Shown: positions 51,795 to 59,910 of the stretch, one piece after another
Layout of the letters: each line of letters opens with the position of its first letter
How positions within the stretch are numbered: position 1 is the first letter of the stretch
NCBI GenBank assembly: GCA_963666565.1
Contig: OY762911.1
Location: 1,728,001 to 1,792,000 of the forward strand
Direction: 5' to 3'
Origin: Thermoanaerobaculia bacterium
GTDB lineage: Bacteria; Acidobacteriota; Thermoanaerobaculia; Multivoradales; Multivoraceae
DNA length: 64,000 nt
Position numbers and translations under genes: made by a program
The notes under the pieces: model-generated
What the model saw: only the letters and a program-made list of their open reading frames with translations
What the model was told of the DNA's origin: nothing
Database searches by the model: none

Positions 51795-53672
51795 ATGTCT
51801 CATTGCCGTTGGCTCGCTGAAAACGCCGCCGTCCGCACTTCGGCGCGGTCGGCCTTCGTCCTGTTCCTCCTCGCTGGCCTGATCCTGGCCGGTCCGGCCG
51901 CCGCCCAGCTCTGCGAAGGCGCGACGTCGATCACCCGCCTCGGCGGCGCCAACCGCTTCTCGTCGCCGGTGGAGGACCGGGAGTCCCTGCAGGCGCTCTT
52001 CGCGGACCAGCGTGAGGACATCCTGGCGCTGCTGGGCGAAGCTGGCTTCTCCGGCGATCCGGACGACCTCTTCGCCGCCGTCGCCGGCTGGCAGGGAGTC
52101 GCGTCGACCGCCTTCGAGCCCGGGCAGCGGATTCCGTGGATGTTCTTCCGCGAGGGCGGCGATCCCACGGTGGGCACGAACATGTGCTGGGCGGGCGACG
52201 AGGCCTTCGAGGCCTGGGAGGTCCGCTTCGAGTCGAACGGGCGCTGGTTCTCGATGATCGTTCCCGAGTCGTGCGGCAACCTGGCGCTGCTGGCGGAGCA
52301 GTCGATGCCGAAGGTGACGCTCGATCTCGACATCGGTGGCCTCTCCTGCACGGACAGGACGTTCGGCTTCCAGAGTTCATGCAGCGACGGCGCCGCCTCG
52401 GTGACGGTCGCCATGCCGGACGGCAGCACGCGCGCCGCGGAGATCGGGAGCGCGTCCTTCCCGTTCACCGCCGAGGGCGACTACACGGTCACCGCCGCGT
52501 GCAGCGCGACGTCGGCGCGCGGCGACTCGCTGGAGGACTCGGCGAGCCGGACGATCGCGGTCGGCTGCCCGAGCTGCAGCGCAAGCGTCTCGCCCGCCGA
52601 GGTCGACCTGGGCGAGTCGTCCACGTTGACGGTCGTGCCGAACGCCGGCCACGGCGCGGAGGTGTCGCGGGTCCTGCTCGACGGGCGGCCGCTCGCGTCT
52701 CCGTACACACGGGAGATGACCCACGACGGGGCGGACGCCTTCACCCACACCGTGACCGTCGAGACGAACACGGGCCAGAGCGCCCAGTGTTCGGCCGGCA
52801 TGAAGGTCGCGCCGACGGTGACGCTGTCGATCGAGCCGGACCGGGTGCTGACCGGGCAGACGGCGGTCGTCACCGTGGCGCCGGAGAACGGCGACGGAGC
52901 GCCGGTGACGGTCGCGCTGGACGGCCAGCCGCTGGCCGAGCCCTACGAGCGCGAGGTCGCTCACGCGGCGGACGGCGAGTTCACCCACACCGCGACGGTG
53001 GAGAACGCCGGCGGCCGCAACGAGGCTTCGGCGACGATGAAGGTCGACCGGCGCTGGACCCTGTTGCCGACGCTCAGCGCGCTGAGCGGAGACGACGTGC
53101 ATATCTCGGTGCTCGGCCCGGACACGAGGGACCGGCTCAAGGCCTGCGTGGACGGCGTCGGCGTCGGGCTCGCCGCCGAGTACCGCCTGAGCTACCCCGT
53201 GGGGTTCATGTTCGGCGCGAACACGATCAACTGCGAGGTCGACTGGTGGCTGCACCCGGGCGGCCGGACCGGCTACGACAGCGCCGACGTGGAGATGAAG
53301 AAGTTCTTCCTCGGGCTGAACGTGCACCTGACGCGGCCCGGCAGCCGGGTGGACTGGTGGATCGGACCGCTCGTCGCCCAGCTCGACTACAGCGCTCCTT
53401 CCCTCGTGCCTGAGGGAATGGACGGCGCGTCGGTCGACGCCGTCTACCGGCCCGAGTGGTCCGGCGAGACAGTTCTCGGCGCGAACATGGGCATCAAGAT
53501 TCCGTTCAGGACGGACTGTCCGGTCGGCCTGTACTTCGGCGCCTTCTGGTTCGACTCGTCGATGAAGGCGAAGAGCACGGAGATCCGCGGAGAGGACGGG
53601 GCGATGGCGCCCGCCTTCGAGCTGCGCAAGACGCCGGTCTACGTGAACGCAGGAATCTCGATCGAGTTCTGA
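51795..53672 (+). CDS. outer-membrane protein: N-terminal domain, Ig/PKD-like repeats and C-terminal small beta-barrel
   Basis: Signal peptide, repeated FTHTxTVE..SAxMKV modules, amphipathic strands ending VYVNAGISIEF. Confidence 0.7.
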   Translation: MSHCRWLAENAAVRTSARSAFVLFLLAGLILAGPAAAQLCEGATSITRLGGANRFSSPVEDRESLQALFADQREDILALLGEAGFSGDPDDLFAAVAGWQGVASTAFEPGQRIPWMFFREGGDPTVGTNMCWAGDEAFEAWEVRFESNGRWFSMIVPESCGNLALLAEQSMPKVTLDLDIGGLSCTDRTFGFQSSCSDGAASVTVAMPDGSTRAAEIGSASFPFTAEGDYTVTAACSATSARGDSLEDSASRTIAVGCPSCSASVSPAEVDLGESSTLTVVPNAGHGAEVSRVLLDGRPLASPYTREMTHDGADAFTHTVTVETNTGQSAQCSAGMKVAPTVTLSIEPDRVLTGQTAVVTVAPENGDGAPVTVALDGQPLAEPYEREVAHAADGEFTHTATVENAGGRNEASATMKVDRRWTLLPTLSALSGDDVHISVLGPDTRDRLKACVDGVGVGLAAEYRLSYPVGFMFGANTINCEVDWWLHPGGRTGYDSADVEMKKFFLGLNVHLTRPGSRVDWWIGPLVAQLDYSAPSLVPEGMDGASVDAVYRPEWSGETVLGANMGIKIPFRTDCPVGLYFGAFWFDSSMKAKSTEIRGEDGAMAPAFELRKTPVYVNAGISIEF

Positions 53673-53792
53673 TCGTCTCGGGCATGGAGGCCGGGGCGCT
53701 TGGCGCGCCCCGCCTCGTCGTGCCGCGGGAGTCGGACTACGGGGGATAGGCTCCGTGGTCGAGAGACGAAAGAACCGACCGGGGAACCCGCC

Positions 53793-54983
53793 GTGAACCC
53801 GACGGAACTCGAAGAACGCTACGGCGCGCGGAACTACGCGCCGCTCGACATCGTGATCGACCGCGCCGAAGGCGTGTGGGTCTGGGACATCGAGGACCGC
53901 CGCTACCTCGACTGCCTGGCGGCGTACTCCGCGGTCAATCAGGGGCACTGCCATCCGCGGATCGTGGAGGCCCTGGTCCGGCAGAGCCGGAAGGTGGCGG
54001 TCACCTCGCGGGCCTTCCGCAACGCCGAACTCGGGGCCTTCTTCCGCGACGTCTGCGAACTGACCGGCTTCGAGCGGGCGCTGCCGATGAACACCGGCGC
54101 CGAGGCGGTCGAGACGGCGATCAAGCTGGCCCGCAAGTGGGCCTACACGCGCAAGGGAGTGGCGCCTGGAAGGGCGGAGATTCTCGCCTTCGCCAACAAC
54201 TTCCACGGCCGCACGACGACGATCGTCGGTTTCTCCAGCGAGCCGCAATACCGCGAGGGCTTCGGCCCCTTCGCGCCCGGCTTCGAGCTGCTGCCGTTCG
54301 GCGACGCCTCGGCTGCTCGGGCCGCGGTGGGCCCGGATACCGCCGCGGTCCTGGTCGAGCCGATCCAGGGCGAGGGCGGGATCGTCGTGCCGCCGGACGG
54401 CTTCCTCGCCGAACTGCGCGAGGTCTGCAGCGAGCGGAACGCGCTGCTGATCGTCGACGAGATCCAGTCCGGCCTGGGGCGGACGGGGCGGATGTTCGCG
54501 CACGAGCACGACGGCGTCCGGCCGGACGTCATGCTGCTCGGCAAGGCGCTCTCCGGCGGTCTGTATCCTGTGTCGGTGGTGGTGGCGGACGCGGAGATCA
54601 TGGACGTGTTCCAGCCTGGCGATCACGGTTCCACCTACGGCGGCAACCCCGTCGGCGCCGCGGTGGCGAGGGCGGCGCTCGAGGTGCTGCGGGAGGAAGG
54701 GCTGGTGGAGAACTCGGCCCGCCTCGGCGAGTACGCCCTGCGCCGCTTGCAGAGCGTCCGCTCGCCGCTGGTGCGGGAGGTCCGCGGCCGCGGGCTGTGG
54801 ATCGGGATCGAGCTTCTTGAATCCGCCGGCGGCGCCCGTCCGTATTGCGAGAGGCTCGCCGAGCGAGGGTTGCTTTGCAAGGAGACGCACGACCACGTGA
54901 TCCGCTTCGCTCCGCCGCTCACGATCGGACGCGACGAACTCGACTGGGCGCTGGACCGGATCGAGGAGGTTCTGACGGCGTGA
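53793..54983 (+). CDS. rocD: ornithine--oxo-acid aminotransferase
   Basis: YGARNYAPL, AYSAVNQGHCHP, PMNTGAEAVE, EPIQGEGG, DEIQSGLGRTG, GKALSGG. Confidence 0.95.
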   Translation: MNPTELEERYGARNYAPLDIVIDRAEGVWVWDIEDRRYLDCLAAYSAVNQGHCHPRIVEALVRQSRKVAVTSRAFRNAELGAFFRDVCELTGFERALPMNTGAEAVETAIKLARKWAYTRKGVAPGRAEILAFANNFHGRTTTIVGFSSEPQYREGFGPFAPGFELLPFGDASAARAAVGPDTAAVLVEPIQGEGGIVVPPDGFLAELREVCSERNALLIVDEIQSGLGRTGRMFAHEHDGVRPDVMLLGKALSGGLYPVSVVVADAEIMDVFQPGDHGSTYGGNPVGAAVARAALEVLREEGLVENSARLGEYALRRLQSVRSPLVREVRGRGLWIGIELLESAGGARPYCERLAERGLLCKETHDHVIRFAPPLTIGRDELDWALDRIEEVLTA

Positions 54984-55621
54984 CGGACGAGGCCCCCGGC
55001 CGCTCAACTGGAGCGCTTCGCCGGTCATCTCGGCCGCCGAGCGAAGCCGCCGGTGATCCGGCTGGGACCGCGACGCCAAGAGCGGTTGGCGCGGAAGACA
55101 GGGTGCGGGCGATGCGGCGTCCCGATCCCAGACTGCTTCGCTACTACGTTCTCTTCTCGCTGATCACCGGACCCGCGTTCCCCGTCGTCTTCACCGTCCT
55201 GTTCCTGCGCTACCGCACCCTGCGCTACCGCTTCGACGACGAAGGGGTGACGATGAGCTGGGGCGCCCTGTTCAAGCGCGAGATCAGCCTGACCTACAGC
55301 CGCATCCAGGACATCCACCTGCGGAGCAACGCGGTCGAGCGCTGGCTGGGCCTGTCGCGCCTGCTGGTACAGACGGCGAGCGGTTCGGCGAAGGCCGAGA
55401 TGAAGATCGAGGGCCTGCTGGAACTGTCCGCCGTGCGCAACTTCATGTACAGCCGGATGCGCGGCGCGGGGACCGGCGGGCCGGCGCCCGGCCGGGCGGT
55501 CGAGCGGGCAGCCGTGCCGGCGCCGGGCGGTGGCTCGGCCGCTTTGGCCTCCGTCCTGCGCGAGATCGCGGGCGAGGTCGCGGCGATTCGCGCAGCCGTC
55601 GAACGGCGGGACGAGGCATGA
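54980..55621 (+). CDS. bacterial PH domain (YdbS-like) membrane protein
   Basis: LRYRFDDEGV..RIQDI..ERWLGL..VQTASG; GTG overlaps the rocD stop. Confidence 0.85.
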   Translation: MTDEAPGRSTGALRRSSRPPSEAAGDPAGTATPRAVGAEDRVRAMRRPDPRLLRYYVLFSLITGPAFPVVFTVLFLRYRTLRYRFDDEGVTMSWGALFKREISLTYSRIQDIHLRSNAVERWLGLSRLLVQTASGSAKAEMKIEGLLELSAVRNFMYSRMRGAGTGGPAPGRAVERAAVPAPGGGSAALASVLREIAGEVAAIRAAVERRDEA

Positions 55622-55757
55622 CGGACAAACAGCGCGGCGGGCAGGACAAGCCATGACGGGCGTGCGGCGCGGCGGGCGGGACAAGCCATGACGGGCGCGC
55701 GGCACGGCGGGCGGGACGAGCCATGACGGACGCGCGGCACGGCGGGCGGCACGAAGG
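55618..55757 (+). repeat. about 4 x 35-bp tandem repeat encoding three chained 12-aa mini-ORFs and the start of the next gene
   Basis: ATG at 55618, 55653, 55688 and 55723; each 39-nt ORF ends CCATGA in the next ATG. Confidence 0.9.
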
Positions 55758-56625
55758 CGAGGGATCGGCGCCGTCCGGTCTGAAGCGGCTGCTGCTGCAC
55801 CTCTTCCAGGTCGACGAGCGGCCCGAGCCGCCGCCCGGGTCGCCGGAGTCGCTTCGGGTGTTCCGGGCGTCTCCCAGGTACCTCCGGTACAAGCTCCTCG
55901 GATGGGGGTTGGGCCAGGCGGGCGCGCTGTTCGGCCTGGTCGTGTCGACGCTCGGCTTCCTGCCGATCGCGTTCTGGGCGCCGCGCGAGGGCTTCGAGTT
56001 CCTGGAGTTCGGGCCGTGGACCGACTTCACGAGGGCGTTGGGGCCGCTCCTGTTCGTCCTGTTCTTCGTCCAGTTGGTGGCGTCTCTCGCCGTGCTGCGC
56101 CTGGGCTACGAGATGCGCTGGTACCTGGTGAGCGACCGGGCGCTGCGCATCCGCCACGGCATCTTCAGCCTTCGCGAGCAGACGGTGACCGTCGTGAACA
56201 TCCAGAACATGGCGGTGAAGCGGGGTCCGCTGCAGCGCCTCTTCGGCATCGCGGACCTGGAGATCCGGACCGCCAGCGGCGGCGGTTCGGACGACGACGA
56301 GGACAGCCTCAGCCGCGGCCTGCTGGAAGGGCTCGACAACGCGGAAGAGGTGCGCGACCTGCTGCTGGCGTCGCTGCGCCGGAGCCGGGACGCGGGTCTC
56401 GGCGATCCGGACGACGCCGCGGCGGCGCCGGAACCCGGGCATCCGCCGGCCGAGGACGCAGCGCCTTCCGCCGACGGCCCCGCGCCTGCCGGCGATGGCG
56501 CGCCGCCAGCCGGTGAGGACGGGCCGCCAGCCGGGACGGTGGACGACCCGGCACTCGCCGCGGCCCGCGACCTGCTCGCCGAGTGCCGGGCTCTGCGGCG
56601 AACGGTGGCCGCGCCCGGTGCCTAG
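55723..56625 (+). CDS. bacterial PH domain (YdbS/T-like) membrane protein
   Basis: WYLVSDRALRIRHG..NIQN..GPLQRLFGIADLEIRTASGG; Pro/Ala-rich repeat tail. Confidence 0.85.
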   Translation: MTDARHGGRHEGEGSAPSGLKRLLLHLFQVDERPEPPPGSPESLRVFRASPRYLRYKLLGWGLGQAGALFGLVVSTLGFLPIAFWAPREGFEFLEFGPWTDFTRALGPLLFVLFFVQLVASLAVLRLGYEMRWYLVSDRALRIRHGIFSLREQTVTVVNIQNMAVKRGPLQRLFGIADLEIRTASGGGSDDDEDSLSRGLLEGLDNAEEVRDLLLASLRRSRDAGLGDPDDAAAAPEPGHPPAEDAAPSADGPAPAGDGAPPAGEDGPPAGTVDDPALAAARDLLAECRALRRTVAAPGA

Positions 56626-56631
56626 CCTCGC

Positions 56632-57552
56632 ATGCCGGAACTCCCCGACGTCGAGGTCTACCGCGAAGCGATCGAGCAACGGGTCGCCGGCCGGGAACTC
56701 GTTCGCGTCCGCCTGCGGAGCCCCTTCCTGCTGCGCTCCGTGCAGCCGCGGCTGTCCGAGGCGGAGGGGCGGACGGTGACCGGTGTGCGCCGGCTCGGCA
56801 AGCGGGTCGTCCTGGCCCTGGAGGGGGAGCTGTTCCTCGCCGTCCACCTGATGATCGCGGGCCGGTTCCGCTGGGGCGGGCCGTCGGCGAAGGTGCCGGG
56901 CCGCGTGGGGCTGGCCGCCTTCGACTTCGGCCACGGCGCCCTGCTGCTGACGGAAGCCGGGAGCAAGCGGCGGGCGGCGATGCACCTGGTCGCCGGCGAA
57001 GGCGGTCTGGCGGCGTTGGACCGGGGCGGGCTCGAGGTACTCGAATGCGGCCCGGAGGCGTTCGCGGCGCGGCTTCGAGCGGAGAACCACACGCTGAAGC
57101 GGGCGCTCATCGATCCCCGGCTGTTCAGCGGCATCGGCAACGCCTACTCGGACGAGATCCTGCACCGGGCGCGGCTGTCGCCGATGCGCTGGACCAGCCG
57201 GCTCGCCGACGAGCAGGTCGATGGCCTGTACGAGGCGTCGGTTGCCGTCCTGACGGAGTGGACGGACCGTCTCCGGGCGCAGGCCGGCGGCCGGTTCCCC
57301 GCGAAGGTCACCGCCTTTCACAACGAGATGGCGGTCCATGGCCGCTACCGGAAGCCGTGCCCGCGTTGCGACGCGCCGGTCCAGCGAATCGTCTACGCCG
57401 AGAACGAGTGCAACTACTGCGCCCGCTGCCAGACCGGCGGCCGCCTGCTCGCCGACCGCGCACTCTCGCGCCTGCTGAAGAAGGACTGGCCGCGGACCGT
57501 CGAAGAACTGGAGGAGCGTCTCGGCGCGGGCGCCGCGGCGGCTACCGGCTGA
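56632..57552 (+). CDS. Fpg/Nei family DNA glycosylase
   Basis: N-terminal PELPDV, RLGK, HLMIAG, SGIGNAYSDEIL (H2TH), CPRC..CARCQ zinc finger. Confidence 0.93.
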   Translation: MPELPDVEVYREAIEQRVAGRELVRVRLRSPFLLRSVQPRLSEAEGRTVTGVRRLGKRVVLALEGELFLAVHLMIAGRFRWGGPSAKVPGRVGLAAFDFGHGALLLTEAGSKRRAAMHLVAGEGGLAALDRGGLEVLECGPEAFAARLRAENHTLKRALIDPRLFSGIGNAYSDEILHRARLSPMRWTSRLADEQVDGLYEASVAVLTEWTDRLRAQAGGRFPAKVTAFHNEMAVHGRYRKPCPRCDAPVQRIVYAENECNYCARCQTGGRLLADRALSRLLKKDWPRTVEELEERLGAGAAAATG

Positions 57553-58400
57553 TGGGCGCGTCCGCTGAGCAGTTGGATCACCCCGGCGCGACGTCGCGGC
57601 CGCAGCGTGGCGCCCGCCGGCGGACGATGGGCGCGCGCCCGGACCTGTCGGGCCTGACCGACTGCCACGCCCACCTGTGCGACGGCTCGTTCGCGGGCGA
57701 CCTGGGCGAGGTGCTCGCGCGGGCCGGCGATGCCGGCGTCGAGACGGTGGTCGCCGTCGGCGAGACGCGGGAGGACGCGGAGCGGAACCTGGAGCTCGCG
57801 GAGGCATTCCCGGGCGTCGTGCGGCCAGCCGCCGGCCTCTACCCGACCCATCTCGATCCCGTGGAAGCGGAGCGGGTCGCCGACCTGATCCGCCGCGAGC
57901 GCCCTCGCTTGGCCGCCATCGGGGAGGTCGGCCTCGACCGCTGGAAGGTGCGCGAGGAGCGCGACCTCGCGGTCCAGCGGGAGATCTTCGCGCTGTTCAT
58001 CGACCTCTCCGTCGAACTCGACCTGCCGCTCAACGTCCACTCCCGCTCCGCCGGCCACTACGCGATCGACCTCCTGCGGGAGCGGGGAGCGAAGCGGGTG
58101 CAGCTTCACGCCTTCGACGGCCGCGCGGCCCGGGCCGAACCGGCGGTCGAGGCGGGCTACTTCTTCTCCGTGCCGCCGTCCATCGTCCGCTCGCCGCAGA
58201 AGCGAAAGCTCGTTCGCCGCCTGCCGCTGTCCTGCCTGCTGCTGGAGACGGACAGCCCCGTGCTGGGGCCGGAGAGGGACGTGCGCAACGAACCGGCGAC
58301 CGCCATCGTCTCGCTCGGCGCCATCGCCGAGCTCAAGGGTTTGCCGGCGGCGGAAGTGGCCGCCGCGGTGAGCGAGAACACCGCCCGGCTCTACGGGTGA
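57552..58400 (+). CDS. tatD: TatD family hydrolase (alternative start ATG 57627)
   Basis: DCHAHL, IGEVGLD, NVHSR, LHAF, LLETDSP, NEP. Confidence 0.92.
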   Translation: MGASAEQLDHPGATSRPQRGARRRTMGARPDLSGLTDCHAHLCDGSFAGDLGEVLARAGDAGVETVVAVGETREDAERNLELAEAFPGVVRPAAGLYPTHLDPVEAERVADLIRRERPRLAAIGEVGLDRWKVREERDLAVQREIFALFIDLSVELDLPLNVHSRSAGHYAIDLLRERGAKRVQLHAFDGRAARAEPAVEAGYFFSVPPSIVRSPQKRKLVRRLPLSCLLLETDSPVLGPERDVRNEPATAIVSLGAIAELKGLPAAEVAAAVSENTARLYG

Positions 58401-58434
58401 GCGGCGCCGGCCTGACGGCCGGCACGTCTCCTCC

Positions 58435-58563
58435 GCCGCCTTCGGCGGCAGCGGGTCGGAAGACCCGCGCACCCAGCCTGCGACGGGGTTGCGCACCGGG
58501 CCCGACGACGGAGTTGCACACTGGGTGCGCCGGTGCCCTCGCCGGCTGCCGCCGAAGGCGGCC
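58435..58563. repeat. inverted REP doublet (REPIN-like) between convergent genes
   Basis: GCCGCCTTCGGCGGCAGCGGGTCGGAAGACCCGCGCACCCAG, about 44-nt spacer, CTGGGTGCGCCGGTGCCCTCGCCGGCTGCCGCCGAAGGCGGC. Confidence 0.88.
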
Positions 58564-58595
58564 TGAAAGTCGCGCCGGCCGTCAGGCCGGCTCCT

Positions 58596-59426
58596 CTAGC
58601 GAACGGTCGCGATCGAGCCCGGCTCGCCTAGCAGCAGCGCCGGGTCGACCCGTTCGCCCTGCCAGCGGACGCCGAAGTGCAGGTGCGGCCCGGTGGATCG
58701 ACCCGTCGAGCCCACCGTGCCGATCAGGCGGCCGCGCGAGACGTCGTCGCCCTGCTCGACGAACACCTCGTGCAGGTGGAAGTACATGCTGATCAGGCCG
58801 TTGCCGTGGTCGAGGAAGACCGCGTTGCCGGAGAAGAAGAACTCGCCGGCCAGGGCGACGACCGCGTCGTCGACGGCCAGGACGGGCGTGCCTTGGGGGA
58901 CCGCGTAGTCGGCGCCGGTGTGCGGCGAGCGCGGCTCGCCGTTGATGATCCGCTTGGCGCCGAAACGGCCGCCGGCCTGCATCTTCTCGAGCGGCGCGCC
59001 CAGCGGCAACGAGAACCGCGGCTTGCCCTGCCGCCCCCACAGCTTGCCGATCAGGGCGTTCTCGCGCTGCACGCGGGCCAGGTTCTCGGGCGAGAGGTCC
59101 ACCCGGCTCCGGTCCTTGATCTCGAGTCGCTGCACCGAGTAGGGATACTCGCCGAGACCGATGCTCAGCTTCTCCCGCCGGCCCTCGCGGTCGCGCTCGG
59201 CGACGAAGTCGGCCGTCCTCGTCAGGCCGACCGGCACCAGGCAGCCGGACTCGCCGCCAAGCACGCTCGGCGCGAAGGAGCGATCGCCGACGAGGCAGCG
59301 CTCGATGCCCTCGCCCTGCCAGTGGACGAGGCTGCCCGGCGCCGCGGTCTGGGCGGGCAGCGGGGCGGCGCCAGCGGCGAGAACGGCGGCGGCGCCGAAT
59401 GCGGCGGCGAAGCGGGACAGGTTCAT
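58596..59426 (-). CDS. M23 family metallopeptidase
   Basis: Signal peptide, HTGAD, DHGNG..YFHL, GSTGRSTGPHLHF. Confidence 0.92.
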   Translation of the reverse strand: MNLSRFAAAFGAAAVLAAGAAPLPAQTAAPGSLVHWQGEGIERCLVGDRSFAPSVLGGESGCLVPVGLTRTADFVAERDREGRREKLSIGLGEYPYSVQRLEIKDRSRVDLSPENLARVQRENALIGKLWGRQGKPRFSLPLGAPLEKMQAGGRFGAKRIINGEPRSPHTGADYAVPQGTPVLAVDDAVVALAGEFFFSGNAVFLDHGNGLISMYFHLHEVFVEQGDDVSRGRLIGTVGSTGRSTGPHLHFGVRWQGERVDPALLLGEPGSIATVR

Positions 59427-59547
59427 GGCCCGATCATAGTCAACCATGCATCTATCGCCCGGGTTCCCCCGCCCACGACTTCCCGCGTCGGCCCGCGGAC
59501 CGCCGTCGCGGCCGCCGGAGGGCGCCGGCGGCCGGATCCCGGCTCGG

Positions 59548-59910
59548 CTACTCGCTGCTCCGTCCGGTTCTCTGGCGATAGCGCCTGACGAGCGCCAGGC
59601 GCCAGTCTTCTTCCTCGTCCTCGTCGCGGGCTTCGTCACCCCACCGGTCGATTTCGCGCCGGAAGTTCTCCTTCAACTCGCTGGCTTCGTCATCGGGAAG
59701 CCAGTTGGTCATCTGAGGGAACACGAAGCGCCAACTGCGGAACTCGGCCGGAGTCCACGGGAACTCGTCGGATTCCCGAAGCAACCGGAGGATGTCGAGG
59801 AGCTCGCGGCGGACGCCCTCGGGGTCGGGCCTGGGGATCTTCATCCCGTCGCCGGAGTCGTCGGTGAAGAGAGAGCGTTGAAGGGAGTTGTACGGTCCCA
59901 AGGTCCTCAT
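59548..59910 (-). CDS. 120-aa hypothetical protein coupled to the restriction-modification gene
   Basis: ATG overlaps the RM stop (ATGA) with a GGAGGAGG RBS; QRSLF..PDPEGVRRELL..PW..WLPDDEA. Confidence 0.7.
   Translation of the reverse strand: MRTLGPYNSLQRSLFTDDSGDGMKIPRPDPEGVRRELLDILRLLRESDEFPWTPAEFRSWRFVFPQMTNWLPDDEASELKENFRREIDRWGDEARDEDEEEDWRLALVRRYRQRTGRSSE

Noticed and set aside
56440-56545. 21-bp repeats in the PH-protein tail (also 4190-4300 and 43820-43865)
   Set aside because: Ordinary in-frame low-complexity linker expansions
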